Shown here: one piece after another, positions 1 through 8,863 of the stretch
How the letters are laid out: each line of letters begins with the position of its first letter
Position numbering within the stretch: position 1 is the first letter of the stretch
The notes under the pieces: generated by a model
The model's database searches: none
Told to the model about the DNA's origin: nothing
Seen by the model: only the letters and a program-made list of their open reading frames with translations
DNA from: Gemmatimonadales bacterium
Lineage (GTDB): Bacteria > Gemmatimonadota > Gemmatimonadetes > Gemmatimonadales > GWC2-71-9
Reading direction: 5' to 3'
DNA length: 51,801 nt
Assembly: GCA_035631795.1 (NCBI GenBank)
Contig: DASQIB010000179.1
Span: forward strand, 1 to 51,801
Program-made: the position numbers and the translations under genes

Positions 1-102
1 GTTCTGCTTGCGCATGATCGGCAGGACGTCCGTTTCGAGCGTCCGGGTGAACTCTGGGGCCGCATTGGCCTTGAGGTGGAGCGTGACGTTGCGTGCGTAC
101 AT
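1..102 (-). CDS. Hypothetical protein, first 34 codons only (gene runs off the left edge)
   Basis: ATG at 102..100 has AAGGAG (complement of 108..113) 5 nt upstream. It reads MYARNVTLHLKANAAPEFTRTLETDVLPIMRKQN with G/C-rich third positions. A small ABM/ferredoxin-like fold is only an impression. Confidence 0.5.
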   Translation of the reverse strand, partial: MYARNVTLHLKANAAPEFTRTLETDVLPIMRKQN

Positions 103-185
103 ATCGACTCCTTGGCAACCAACATGAACCTGCGTTGCTACTGGTGCTTCTCGACTGGGCCAAGGTTAACACTGCTTTACTAAGT

Positions 186-225
186 TTGTCAAGTAATGTA
201 CGTCTTCGAAAGTCAAACTTGACAA
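186..225. promoter_or_regulatory. Perfect 9-bp inverted repeat TTGTCAAGT (186..194) / ACTTGACAA (217..225); candidate operator in a divergent promoter region
   Basis: Read directly from the sequence. It lies in the only clearly AT-richer stretch of the left end (about 120..250), and the right arm overlaps a TTGACA -35 box. Confidence 0.4.
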
Positions 226-247
226 CAATGGTACATTGGAGTATGCT
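219..247 (+). promoter_or_regulatory. Sigma-70-like promoter TTGACA-N17-TATGCT
   Basis: -35 TTGACA at 219..224, a 17-nt spacer, and -10 TATGCT at 242..247. Local AT-rich context. Confidence 0.45.
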
Positions 248-265
248 GTGGGAGAACGGCGACCT

Positions 266-286
266 GCCGGCGCGAACCGCGCCGGC
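266..286 (+). other. Strong GC hairpin GCCGGCGCG-aac-CGCGCCGGC at the 5' end of the predicted transcript
   Basis: Perfect 9-bp stem (266..274 / 278..286) with a 3-nt loop, about 12-20 nt downstream of the predicted -10. No U-tract follows. Confidence 0.4.
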
Positions 287-330
287 GGCGCACAAACGAG
301 CATGACGTCAACTGGAGGGGCTGGCACCTG

Positions 331-546
331 GTGGACATTCATTGCCACAGCTGTGGGGGCTTCATAAGCGACCCCGGCCCGATATCGTATCGAGTACCAC
401 CAGACTTGGCGCGCCCGGCAATCCCGCACAGCGGGTTGTGTGCGTGCACGCCGCCGATCGTGTACGGGCCCCCGCCGGGGTACCTGTCGTCGCCGGGCAT
501 ATCGACTGCCGACCATTCCTTTGACTTCCCCCGTGCATCGGACTAG
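331..546 (+). CDS. Possible small Cys/Pro-rich protein (71 aa; CHSCGG...LCAC); coding status uncertain
   Basis: GTG start with GGAGG (314..318) 12 nt upstream. It lies between the promoter at 219..247 and the terminator at 599..637. Third-position G+C is only intermediate (about 75% by hand count). A 53-codon antisense ORF (339..500) scores similarly. Confidence 0.25.
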   Translation: MDIHCHSCGGFISDPGPISYRVPPDLARPAIPHSGLCACTPPIVYGPPPGYLSSPGISTADHSFDFPRASD

Positions 547-598
547 CCTTGCAGGACGTTCGACACGCCCTCTGCGTGCCGGCACCAGCAAACGTCAA

Positions 599-637
599 GG
601 CGGGACTTGGCCAATGCGCGGGTCCCGCCTTTGCTTT
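599..637 (+). terminator. Rho-independent terminator-like hairpin just upstream of infA
   Basis: GGCGGGAC (599..606) pairs with GTCCCGCC (622..629) across a 15-nt loop, followed by TTTGCTTTGG (630..639). Confidence 0.45.
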
Positions 638-666
638 GGCGACGTCCTTCGTGTCACGGAGTCCTG

Positions 667-885
667 ATGTCAAAGGAAGAAGCGATCGAAATCGACGGCG
701 TCGTGCAGGCCGTGCTGCCCAACACCACGTTTCGCGTTCTCCTGGTGAACGGGCACTACGTGCTCGCCACCATTGCGGGCAAGATGCGTCGTTTCCGGAT
801 CCGCGTGCTCGCCGGCGACCGCGTCACGCTCGCCGTGTCCCCGTATGACCTCACTCGCGGGCGCATCACTTTCCGGTACAAGTGA
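667..885 (+). CDS. infA: Translation initiation factor IF-1
   Basis: [72 protein letters not shown] is an unmistakable IF-1 S1-like sequence of 72 aa. GGAG at 658..661 lies 5 nt before the ATG at 667. The track ORF start at 607 is an upstream extension. Confidence 0.96.
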   Translation: MSKEEAIEIDGVVQAVLPNTTFRVLLVNGHYVLATIAGKMRRFRIRVLAGDRVTLAVSPYDLTRGRITFRYK

Positions 886-917
886 ACCGGTCGCGGCAGC
901 GACTGGGGCGCGCCGGG

Positions 918-1100
918 ATGGTGACCGACGGCGGTGCGCCACGGTGTGGCGATTGCGGCCAGCCCCTCCAGTTCGGCACCGACCGCCAGGGCCGGACGAC
1001 GGAATCCTGCGCCTGCGGATACCGCGGGTTCCTCAAGACGCGATCATTGCCGGCCTCGGTCGCCACCACAGTGCCGCCAAGCTCCGCGGGGACCCGATGA
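918..1100 (+). CDS. Possible small zinc-ribbon protein (CGDCG-x16-CAC), 60 aa (72 aa if started at GTG 882)
   Basis: High third-position G+C by hand count. Four Cys are arranged CxxC...CxC. An alternative GTG at 882 overlaps the infA stop (GTGA). No strong SD. Confidence 0.35.
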   Translation: MVTDGGAPRCGDCGQPLQFGTDRQGRTTESCACGYRGFLKTRSLPASVATTVPPSSAGTR

Positions 1101-1129
1101 CACCGGTAGGGAATCCCTATCCCTCCGGC

Positions 1130-1146
1130 TGCGCCCTTACGGGGCG
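1130..1146. terminator. GC hairpin between convergent genes (GCGCCC-ttacg-GGGCGC)
   Basis: 6-bp GC stem at 1130..1135 / 1141..1146. No U-tract on either side. Confidence 0.3.
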
Positions 1147-1187
1147 CTGCTAGGGCGGCTGATCCCCGGCTGATCCACAACGCTCCT

Positions 1188-1475
1188 CTAGGGTCGAATC
1201 GGACGCCACGCGCAGGGGAACACCCGTTGGCGGTCCACCTCGATCTGATACGTGATGGCGTCCACCGCACAGTAATGGATGCGTTCCTCGTCAATCAGCA
1301 CGCGATACGGGCCGAAGAACGGTGACCATAGCCGGTCGATGAAGTTGTAGGGAACGAGGGACACGTCCGCCCACTGCATGCCACCCGTCACGCGAAGCGC
1401 GTTCGACGGAGCCGGGCCGGGGACGTAGCACCCGGCGACCGCTGCGGCAACGAGAACGGCGATTGAGGGCTTCAT
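1188..1475 (-). CDS. Small secreted or lipoprotein-like hypothetical protein
   Basis: MKPSIAVLVAAAVAGCYVPG is a signal peptide with a lipobox-like AGC. The start at ATG 1475 is chosen because it gives a typical signal peptide. Confidence 0.6.
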   Translation of the reverse strand: MKPSIAVLVAAAVAGCYVPGPAPSNALRVTGGMQWADVSLVPYNFIDRLWSPFFGPYRVLIDEERIHYCAVDAITYQIEVDRQRVFPCAWRPIRP

Positions 1476-1529
1476 GCCCATATCAGATGGCACAGCCAGG
1501 GATGCGGTTGCTCGCCATCTGTGGGGTTC

Positions 1530-3233
1530 ATGTCAGGGAACGGCTGGGCTGCTAGCTTACGCGTCGTGAGCCCCACCGATCTGCTCGCCGCCGGTACCGC
1601 AGCCCTCGAGCGTGGAGCGTGGCAAGAAGCACGCACCCACCTCCAGGCGAGTGTCGCCGCCAGCGAGACGCCCCAGGCCTTGGAGCGGCTCGGTTTGGCG
1701 GCGTGGTGGCTCGATGACGCCGCGCTCACCTTCGACGCTCGCGAGCGCGCCTACCGGCTCTATCGCGAGCAAGGCGACGAGTTGAGCGCGGCCCGCGTCG
1801 CGCTCTGGCTCGTGTGGGACTGCCACGCCTTTCGCGGCGACACCGCCGTCGCCTCGGGCTGGCTCGAGCGCGCGCGCCGGCTGCTCAGCGGCCACGAGCG
1901 ATCGGCACAATACGGCTGGCTCCTCCTGCGGGAGGGCGAAGGCGCGCTGTTCCGCGGCCACGACCCCGCGACGGCCCGCGACCACGCGGTGCGCGCCGCC
2001 GCCCTCGGCCGCGAGACGGGCGACCCGGGCCTCGAGTTCCTGGCGCTCGCGCTCGAGGGCATCGCGCGCGTCAGTGCGGGCGACGTGACCGCCGGCATGC
2101 GGTGCCTCGACGAGGCCACCGCCGCGGCGACCGCGGGCGAAGTGAAGGAGCTCCACACGGTGAGCCTGGTCTGCTGCTGGCAGATCTTCGCCTGCGAGCG
2201 GATCCGCGACTACGACCGCGCCGCCCAATGGTGTGCCCGCGTGCAGGAGTTCGCCAAACGGTGGGGGCTGCGGCCGCTCTCCGCCACGTGCCGCACACAG
2301 TACGCCGGCGTGTTGATCTGGCGAGGTAAATGGGGCGACGCGGAAACGGAGCTCACCATTGCCTCCCGTGACTTCGAGCAGGCCCGGCCGCCCTTCGTGG
2401 GTCAGGCGCTCGCGCGGCTGGGGGAGCTGCGGCTGCGCCAGGGCCGGCTCGATGACGCCGAGCGGCTGTTCACCGCCTCGGGCACGCAGCCGCTCGCCCG
2501 CCTGGGCCTGGCGGAGCTGGCCTTGGAGCGCGATGCACCGGCCGAGGCCGCGGCCGAGCTGGATCGCTTCCTGGCGCAGGTGGGTGATGGCGAGCCCACG
2601 ATGCGCGCTGGCGCGCTCGAGCTGGCGGTGCGCGCGCACGTCGCTCGCGGAGAGGCGGCTGCCGCCGAGCGGGCGCATGACGAGCTGCGACAGATCGCTC
2701 GCGAAGTCGGCACCGTTCCGCTGGCCGCTTCCGCGGCAGCGGCGGAAGGCACACTACTCCGTTGCCGTGGTGACGCCGCCGCCGCCGTGAGCCGGCTCGA
2801 AGCGGCCGTGGCGAGCTACGAGGAAAGTGGTGCGCCGTTCGAGAGCGCTCGGACTCGGCTCGAGCTCGCGGACGCGCTGGCCGCGACAGGAGAGCATTCA
2901 GCTGCCCTGCGCGAGGCACGTCAGGCGCTCGATGGCTTCACGGCGTTGGGCGCGGACCGTGACGCGCGGCGCGCGAAGGACACCATTCGCCGCCTCGAGG
3001 AAGTAGCCGGTTCCGGGCGGGGCGGAGGTCGGAAGGGCAAGCGGCAGCTCACCGGCCGCCAGCTGGAGATCCTCCGCCTCGTGGCCCAGGGCTTGAGCAA
3101 TCCCGACATCGCGGCGCGATTGCACTTGAGCGACCACACCGTGAAGCGGCATGTGGCCAACCTGCTCACCAAGCTGCGGGTGTCGTCACGGGCCGCCGCT
3201 GCCGCGTACGCTGCGCACGAAGGCCTGATTTGA
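1530..3233 (+). CDS. LuxR-family transcriptional regulator with a long TPR-like helical N-terminal region
   Basis: The C-terminus LTGRQLEILRLVAQGLSNPDIAARLHLSDHTVKRHVANLLTKLRVSSRAAA is a classic LuxR/GerE HTH. The upstream part is Ala/Leu/Arg-rich and helical-repeat-like. The start is ambiguous (GTG 1521, ATG 1530 or GTG 1566). Confidence 0.85.
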   Translation: MSGNGWAASLRVVSPTDLLAAGTAALERGAWQEARTHLQASVAASETPQALERLGLAAWWLDDAALTFDARERAYRLYREQGDELSAARVALWLVWDCHAFRGDTAVASGWLERARRLLSGHERSAQYGWLLLREGEGALFRGHDPATARDHAVRAAALGRETGDPGLEFLALALEGIARVSAGDVTAGMRCLDEATAAATAGEVKELHTVSLVCCWQIFACERIRDYDRAAQWCARVQEFAKRWGLRPLSATCRTQYAGVLIWRGKWGDAETELTIASRDFEQARPPFVGQALARLGELRLRQGRLDDAERLFTASGTQPLARLGLAELALERDAPAEAAAELDRFLAQVGDGEPTMRAGALELAVRAHVARGEAAAAERAHDELRQIAREVGTVPLAASAAAAEGTLLRCRGDAAAAVSRLEAAVASYEESGAPFESARTRLELADALAATGEHSAALREARQALDGFTALGADRDARRAKDTIRRLEEVAGSGRGGGRKGKRQLTGRQLEILRLVAQGLSNPDIAARLHLSDHTVKRHVANLLTKLRVSSRAAAAAYAAHEGLI

Positions 3234-3364
3234 CCTCAACCGTGGCCTGAATGGGCCATGGCTCAGTCCTGTCGTTCGCATGGCTCCCTTGGGCGAAGAT
3301 GCGCGCCGCGCACGGGCCTACTCTCCTGACAGAGACACTTGTTCTCCTCTTACAGGGGGTCGTT

Positions 3365-3808
3365 ATGCGTACCCGTTTCGCCGTCGTTGCGCTCGCAGTG
3401 CTGTTGCCCGCCATGGCTCACGCCCAGGCGCCCGATCTCAAATGGGGTCCGGCTCCCGCCGTTTTCCCTCCGGGCGCCAAGTTCGCCGTGGTGCAGGGAG
3501 ATCCGAGCGGGTCGAACTTGTTCACCGTGCGGCTGACCTTTCCGAATGGCTACAAGATTCCGCCCCATTTCCATCCCACGGATGAACATGTGACGGTGAT
3601 CTCCGGGACGTTTCTCGTCGGGATGGGAGACTCGATCGACGTGGCGCACGCGCTTGTGTTGCCCGCCGGCGGGTTCATCACCGCGGAGGCGAACATGCAC
3701 CACTGGGCCGTGGCCCGCGGGCAGACCGTGGTGCAGGTGCACGCGATCGGGCCGTTCGCGTTGACGTATGTCCACTTGCAGGACGCACCGAAGGCCAGCG
3801 CGCAGTAA
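3365..3808 (+). CDS. Secreted cupin-domain protein
   Basis: Signal peptide MRTRFAVVALAVLLPAMAHA. Cupin metal motif PPHFHPTDEHVTVISGTF plus a downstream MHHW. Confidence 0.8.
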   Translation: MRTRFAVVALAVLLPAMAHAQAPDLKWGPAPAVFPPGAKFAVVQGDPSGSNLFTVRLTFPNGYKIPPHFHPTDEHVTVISGTFLVGMGDSIDVAHALVLPAGGFITAEANMHHWAVARGQTVVQVHAIGPFALTYVHLQDAPKASAQ

Positions 3809-3901
3809 GGTCCACGGGTCGGCGCACTGGGCTCTGGCCTCGTGCGCCGGCCCCGTAGTCCGTACCCTATCGAATCGTCCGGCTGGCGTTTACCATCACG
3901 C

Positions 3902-4615
3902 ATGCCGCCAACCTTCACCCCCGCCGCGCCGACTTTCTTCCGTGGCCTCGCCCGCAACAACGCGAAGCCCTGGTTCGAGGCACACCGCGCGGATTACGAA
4001 GACCACGTCGTCGCGCCGATGCGTGCCCTCATCGAGGAGCTCGACGTGCGCCTGGCGGGCTTCGCCCCCGAGATCACGGGCGACCCCAAGCGCTCGCTGT
4101 TCCGGATCTATCGGGACGTACGGTTCTCCAAAGACAAGTCGCCGTACAAGACACACGCCGCCTGCTGGTTCTGGCATCGGGACGCAGACCCGCGCGTCGG
4201 CGACAAGGCGGACGCGGGGGGCGCGGGTTACTACTTCCATCTCCAGCCCGGTAAGTCTTTCGTGGGCGGCGGAATGTGGATGCCGCCGCGTCCGATCCTC
4301 GACACGTTGCGCGAGGCCATCGCCGAAGATCTCAAGGGCTTCGAGCGGGTGGTCACGGATCGCGGCTTCGTGCGCCGGTTCGGCAAGTTCGACGACGAGT
4401 CGAAACTGAAGCGGATGCCGCGCGGCTACGACGAGTCCCACCCCGCCGCGCGCTGGCTCAAGTTCCAGTCGTTCGTCACCGGCCGCTCCATGAGCGACCG
4501 CGAGACCACGAGCCCACGGCTCGCGGCGCTCCTCGCCGCAGACTTCGAGCGGATGCTGCCGCTCGTGCGGTGGCTGAACGGCGCGTTGGGACATGCAGCG
4601 GCGAAGCAACGATGA
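3902..4615 (+). CDS. DUF2461 (TIGR02453-like) family protein
   Basis: N-terminus FFRGLARNNAKPWFEAHRADYEDHVVAPMRALIEEL and RIYRDVRFSKDKSPYKTH are characteristic of this family as I remember it. ATG at 3902. Confidence 0.8.
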   Translation: MPPTFTPAAPTFFRGLARNNAKPWFEAHRADYEDHVVAPMRALIEELDVRLAGFAPEITGDPKRSLFRIYRDVRFSKDKSPYKTHAACWFWHRDADPRVGDKADAGGAGYYFHLQPGKSFVGGGMWMPPRPILDTLREAIAEDLKGFERVVTDRGFVRRFGKFDDESKLKRMPRGYDESHPAARWLKFQSFVTGRSMSDRETTSPRLAALLAADFERMLPLVRWLNGALGHAAAKQR

Positions 4616-6183
4616 GAGGCAGAGGATCCCCGAGTCGTGGTTCTTGGTGGGCGGTCGCGCTCCTCGCAGTTGCTTCGCCTGGGCATCTCGCCGCCCAGAC
4701 CATCGATACGATCATCGTCGTTCGGCACAACGTGTACGATCGCAAGCGCGACGCGCCGAAAGTCGTCGCGAGCGTGGGGAATGCTCTGCACATCACCACG
4801 CGCGCGTGGGTGGTCCGGCGGGCGCTGCTCATCAAGGCGGGAGACGCCTACGACTCCGCCAAGGTCGCCGAGAGCGAGCGGGCACTCCGTGCGTTGACGA
4901 TCTTTCGTGCCGTCACGATCGACACGGAGCGCGTGGACGGGCGGCTCGCCCTGCGGGTGGAGACGGACGACGCCTGGAGCACGATTCCCGATTTCGACTA
5001 TTCGTCCGTGGCGGGCGACGTCTTGTGGGCCGTGGCGTTCACGGAAGGCAACCTGCTCGGCACCGGCACGGCGCTGACCGGGCGCTACGAGAAGACTCCC
5101 GATCGTCACAGCGTCAGTGTGGGATACACCAGCACCGGCGTGCTCAGTCGCCGCACCGCGCTCGCCCTGCAATACAAGGCTATTTCAGACGGCGATTCGG
5201 GCTCGTGGTCACTCGGCGTGCCCTTCTACGAGACGGTCGCGCCACGCTCCCTCGTGACGAACGGCGCCGCGGCGAAAGAGCGCGTGCTGCAGTTTCGCGA
5301 CGGCGTCCTGGCGGACAGCGTGCAGCACCGTGTGCTCATGGTGGGCCTGTCCGGTGGTGTGGCGCTCCAGACAACGCGCGCGAGCTATGCCCGCCTCTGG
5401 TTCGGGGCGAGCTGGCGCCGGGAGGATTTCGACTCGGCCTCGGCCGTGCCGTTCCCCCGCTCGCAATTCGGGACCGTGGGCGCAGGGATAGAGTTGAAGC
5501 AGGTGCGCTTTCAGGTGCTCGAGAACTTCAATGCCTTCGCGCACCAGGAGGACGTGGACCTCTCGCAGATCCTGCGGCTCGGGGTCTGGGCGGCGCCGCG
5601 CGCCTGGGGCTACAAGCCCGACAGTGCCGGCGTGGGTCCCGAGGCGAGCGGCCAGCTCTCCGCCATCTGGCACAACGGGTTCGCCGTGGTGCGGGGTCAG
5701 GCGGACGGCGTGCTCACCGGGGCGGGGGTGGACTCGGGGCGCGTGTTCGGCAGCATGACCGTCGCGAGCCAGAATCTGACCCGCCAGACGCTCGTCTTTC
5801 ACCTGGAGGGAGGCGCGCTACGCGGGCCCAAGCCCGGGGACGAGTTCGATCTGTGGCGCGATTCGAAAGGCCCGCGGCTGTTCGGTGCGCACGCCTTCAC
5901 GGGCACGCGCGAGGCGTGGGTCGCGCTCGAGGACCGCTTCGTCGTGAAGGATGAAGTGTGGGGGCTGTTCGGCGTCGGCCTAGCGCCGTACTTCGACTAC
6001 GGCGGTGCCTGGTACCAAGACGAGCCAACGCGACTCGGCGGGGACGCCGGTCTGGCACTCCGGCTCGGCCCCACGCGATTGACCATCACCGACGTCGGGC
6101 AGTTCGCGCTCGGCTATCGCTTCGGCAAGGGCTTCACCGGCCGCCATTGGGCGTTCACGGCGACCGGGAACATCCTGTACTGA
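4612..6183 (+). CDS. BamA/TamA-like outer-membrane protein (POTRA-like segment plus beta-barrel)
   Basis: Signal peptide WWAVALLAVASPGHLAAQ. POTRA-like IDTIIVVRHNVYD...VVRRALLIKAGDAYDSAKVAESERALRAL. Alternating-hydrophobic barrel sequence ending ...FTATGNILY with an aromatic C-terminus. ATG 4612 overlaps the upstream stop (ATGA). Confidence 0.75.
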   Translation: MRGRGSPSRGSWWAVALLAVASPGHLAAQTIDTIIVVRHNVYDRKRDAPKVVASVGNALHITTRAWVVRRALLIKAGDAYDSAKVAESERALRALTIFRAVTIDTERVDGRLALRVETDDAWSTIPDFDYSSVAGDVLWAVAFTEGNLLGTGTALTGRYEKTPDRHSVSVGYTSTGVLSRRTALALQYKAISDGDSGSWSLGVPFYETVAPRSLVTNGAAAKERVLQFRDGVLADSVQHRVLMVGLSGGVALQTTRASYARLWFGASWRREDFDSASAVPFPRSQFGTVGAGIELKQVRFQVLENFNAFAHQEDVDLSQILRLGVWAAPRAWGYKPDSAGVGPEASGQLSAIWHNGFAVVRGQADGVLTGAGVDSGRVFGSMTVASQNLTRQTLVFHLEGGALRGPKPGDEFDLWRDSKGPRLFGAHAFTGTREAWVALEDRFVVKDEVWGLFGVGLAPYFDYGGAWYQDEPTRLGGDAGLALRLGPTRLTITDVGQFALGYRFGKGFTGRHWAFTATGNILY

Positions 6184-6211
6184 CCGAACACCGGGAGCGG
6201 AGACCGGCCTT

Positions 6212-8863
6212 TCACAACCCGATCCAGTAGGTCGCCTTCACCGCCAGAACGTTGTTCGCCTGAGCATTGAGCAGCCCCGACAGGTCTCGACCCAGCCGGA
6301 AGTCCCCCAGGCCCGCTTGATCCTCCAGGGCCGGCTGCCACACGACGAACAGGGTCGACCCCGGCCGCCATTCCCAGCGCAACACCGCGTTGGCGCGGAG
6401 CGAGCGGAAATTGAAGTCCTGATTCCCGATGAAGAACGTCGCCCCGCCATCTCCCGGATGAATCGAGTCACCCGCCGCGGTCGGAACCACGCTGCCGCGA
6501 TCGCGGCCGTACACGACGAAGTCGAACGTCCGGGGCCGGGCCAGCTCTTTCAGGTCGCTGAACCGAGCCGCGGCGATGAGCGGCTGCAGGAACAGCTGCA
6601 GCGAGAGCCGCGGCGTGAAGGTCCAGTCGAGCCGTGCCAGGATCGCGAGCTGGGTCTGGTCGAGCGTGGCGAACACATACCGATGTTGGTAGGTCGCGAT
6701 GGCGGAATCGTCGGCGATCGTCGCGACGTACTGGGCCAGCGAATGGATCTTGCTGAAGCTCGGTCCGATGTTGATGTGGGCAGCGGCGGTGGGGCGCAGG
6801 TCCACCGTGAGGCTGTACTGCGCGTTCCATTGCCCCGCGCGGTCCCATTGGTAAAACGCGCTCCCCGACAGCTGTGTGGTACGCCGCGAATCGGACGTGA
6901 ACGTGATCGACGCGTCCTCATAGTGCGGAACCTCAGCGAGCGGCCCACCGCGCGTGAGCCGGTCGTCCAACGCCGTCACCGCATAGTCGTGGCGTAGCTC
7001 GACGTTCCAGAAGTTCGCGAAGTTGTAGTTGTTGAGGAGCCCGAAGCCTCCGAACACGAGATCCCCGTCGAAGTTCCAGGTATGGTTCTCGAACGGGATG
7101 AGAAACCAATTCCGCACCACTGCATGAGGGTGATTGTCCTGGTAGCCGAACAGGGTCGAGAGCGCCCGCCGGTCGGCCCCGGTTTGGAAGCCCAGGTCGT
7201 TGGACTCGAACCCCGGTCCCGTCTCCTGATACGCGATCGACCCGAGCCAATGCTCGGCGGAGTTCCGGGAGAGCGCCACCTGCCAGGCGAGGCCGTCGAG
7301 CGCGGTGCGCGACGGATCGTACACGAGGGTGCGCGCGTCCGGGCGCTGGTAATATCGCGCGCTCGAGCGCTGCGTGAGGGCGATGCTCGAATCCGTGCCC
7401 GCGACATGGCTCACGACCACCGCCCCGTCGAGCGACCAGGATCGATTCGACCAGCCGTGGGTGAAATCGATGCCCGTCACGTAGGCCTGAGCGTGCTCAA
7501 GGCTGACGAGCACGCTGTCCGAGAGCCGCCGATTGACGGCGGTCACGATGGCGCCGATGGTCGAGTTCCCCGCGTCGAGGTCTTTTCTCACCCGTCCCAC
7601 GAAATAGTTCGTCAGCGGCTCGACGGTGGTCAGGTGTTCGCGGCCGAGCGTGTCCTGCCACTGGGTCTCCTCGGTCGCGGTGACGCCATCGAGCACGCCG
7701 ACGGACCATCCGCCGCGGGTGTGCCCGGTGAGCTTCGCCGCGGTGCGGATCGCGGTCTGGGTCGGCGGGTCCGCGTACTTTACGCTGTCGCCATCGACGA
7801 TGCGCTCTGGCACGCGGCCGATCCGGCGTGAGAAGAAGAACTGGGGGAAGGTGAACAGGTTGTGAGCGCGGACATTGCCGAACTGGAACAGCCCGCCGCC
7901 TTCGACGAAGAACGGCCGCTTCTCCGGAAAGAAGGTCTCGAACGCGCTCAGGTTCACGACGGCCGAGTCGACCTCCACCTGGCCGAAGTCGGGATTGACG
8001 GTCGCGTCGAGCGTGAGGTCGCTCGTGACACCGTACTTCAAGTCAGCCCCGCCACTGCCGAAATAGTCGTGACCGCTCCGGAACGGGTCGCCCGCGGGCT
8101 CGTGGGTGTACTCGGCGCGGGTGACGCCGTAGGGCACGACCTCGAGGCGCCGCGCGTCGGGTACGCGGCCCAGGCCCGTCAGATGGCCGTAGCGATTCAC
8201 GCCCGCGTGCTCGCGCTTCGGCGTGAACGCGAAGAAGTCGTCCTCACCTTTCCGCAGGATGTAGCGCTCGAACTGAATGCCCCAGCGCGCATCGGCCTGG
8301 GAGTTGTACCGCAGCTGGGAGAGCGGAATCCTGAGCTCGACCGTCCAGCCGAGTGAGTCCACTCGCGCGGCGTACTCCCACACGGGGTCCCAGGAGACGT
8401 CGTCCGAGCCGCTCTGGTTGTCGACCAACGCATCCTGGATCGCGCCGCCCGGGGTAATGCGGAAGCGGGCAGCCGTCAAATGGTCGTGATACGAGTCGAT
8501 GAAGACCTGGAAGTAGTCGGAGGTCACGGCGTCGTCGCGCCGCGCGAGCACCGACTTGATCGAGCGGGGCGCGGAGTCGAACAGCCGGGCGCCGATGTAG
8601 AGGGCGTCGGACCCGATGAGCACGCGTACCTCGGTGCGCTCCGTTGCCGGTTGCCCCGGCTGAGGATCGAGCTGGGTGAACGAGGTGACCGGGGTCGCGC
8701 CCGCCCAGGCCGGCTCGTCGAGCCGGCCGTCGATCTTCATGTCGCCCGACGCCCGTCCGGCTCGAACTGCTGGCGCGGCATCATGGACGTAGGGCAGGGC
8801 TGAGGAGGTTGTATCACGTGACTGGGCGACCGCGAACAGGAGGAGACCCGCTACGAACGGCAT
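6212..8863 (-). CDS. DUF5916 / CBM9-like domain protein (large secreted or outer-membrane-associated protein)
   Basis: N-terminal module KIDGRLDEPAWAGATPVTSFTQLDPQPGQPATERTEVRVLIGSDALYIGARLFDS... followed by a long beta-rich region. Paralogous to 11235..13427. Confidence 0.8.
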   Translation of the reverse strand: MPFVAGLLLFAVAQSRDTTSSALPYVHDAAPAVRAGRASGDMKIDGRLDEPAWAGATPVTSFTQLDPQPGQPATERTEVRVLIGSDALYIGARLFDSAPRSIKSVLARRDDAVTSDYFQVFIDSYHDHLTAARFRITPGGAIQDALVDNQSGSDDVSWDPVWEYAARVDSLGWTVELRIPLSQLRYNSQADARWGIQFERYILRKGEDDFFAFTPKREHAGVNRYGHLTGLGRVPDARRLEVVPYGVTRAEYTHEPAGDPFRSGHDYFGSGGADLKYGVTSDLTLDATVNPDFGQVEVDSAVVNLSAFETFFPEKRPFFVEGGGLFQFGNVRAHNLFTFPQFFFSRRIGRVPERIVDGDSVKYADPPTQTAIRTAAKLTGHTRGGWSVGVLDGVTATEETQWQDTLGREHLTTVEPLTNYFVGRVRKDLDAGNSTIGAIVTAVNRRLSDSVLVSLEHAQAYVTGIDFTHGWSNRSWSLDGAVVVSHVAGTDSSIALTQRSSARYYQRPDARTLVYDPSRTALDGLAWQVALSRNSAEHWLGSIAYQETGPGFESNDLGFQTGADRRALSTLFGYQDNHPHAVVRNWFLIPFENHTWNFDGDLVFGGFGLLNNYNFANFWNVELRHDYAVTALDDRLTRGGPLAEVPHYEDASITFTSDSRRTTQLSGSAFYQWDRAGQWNAQYSLTVDLRPTAAAHINIGPSFSKIHSLAQYVATIADDSAIATYQHRYVFATLDQTQLAILARLDWTFTPRLSLQLFLQPLIAAARFSDLKELARPRTFDFVVYGRDRGSVVPTAAGDSIHPGDGGATFFIGNQDFNFRSLRANAVLRWEWRPGSTLFVVWQPALEDQAGLGDFRLGRDLSGLLNAQANNVLAVKATYWIGL

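Noticed and set aside
607-666. N-terminal extension of infA from the track start at 607
   Set aside because: IF-1 proteins are about 72 aa and begin MSKE/MAKE-like. ATG 667 has a GGAG at the correct spacing, and the extension overlaps a terminator-like hairpin.
7202-7216. tRNA T-arm-like motif (GGTTCGAGTCC on the minus strand)
   Set aside because: The flanks cannot form a T-stem or an acceptor stem. It also lies inside the well-supported DUF5916 coding frame (…GPGFESNDLG…).
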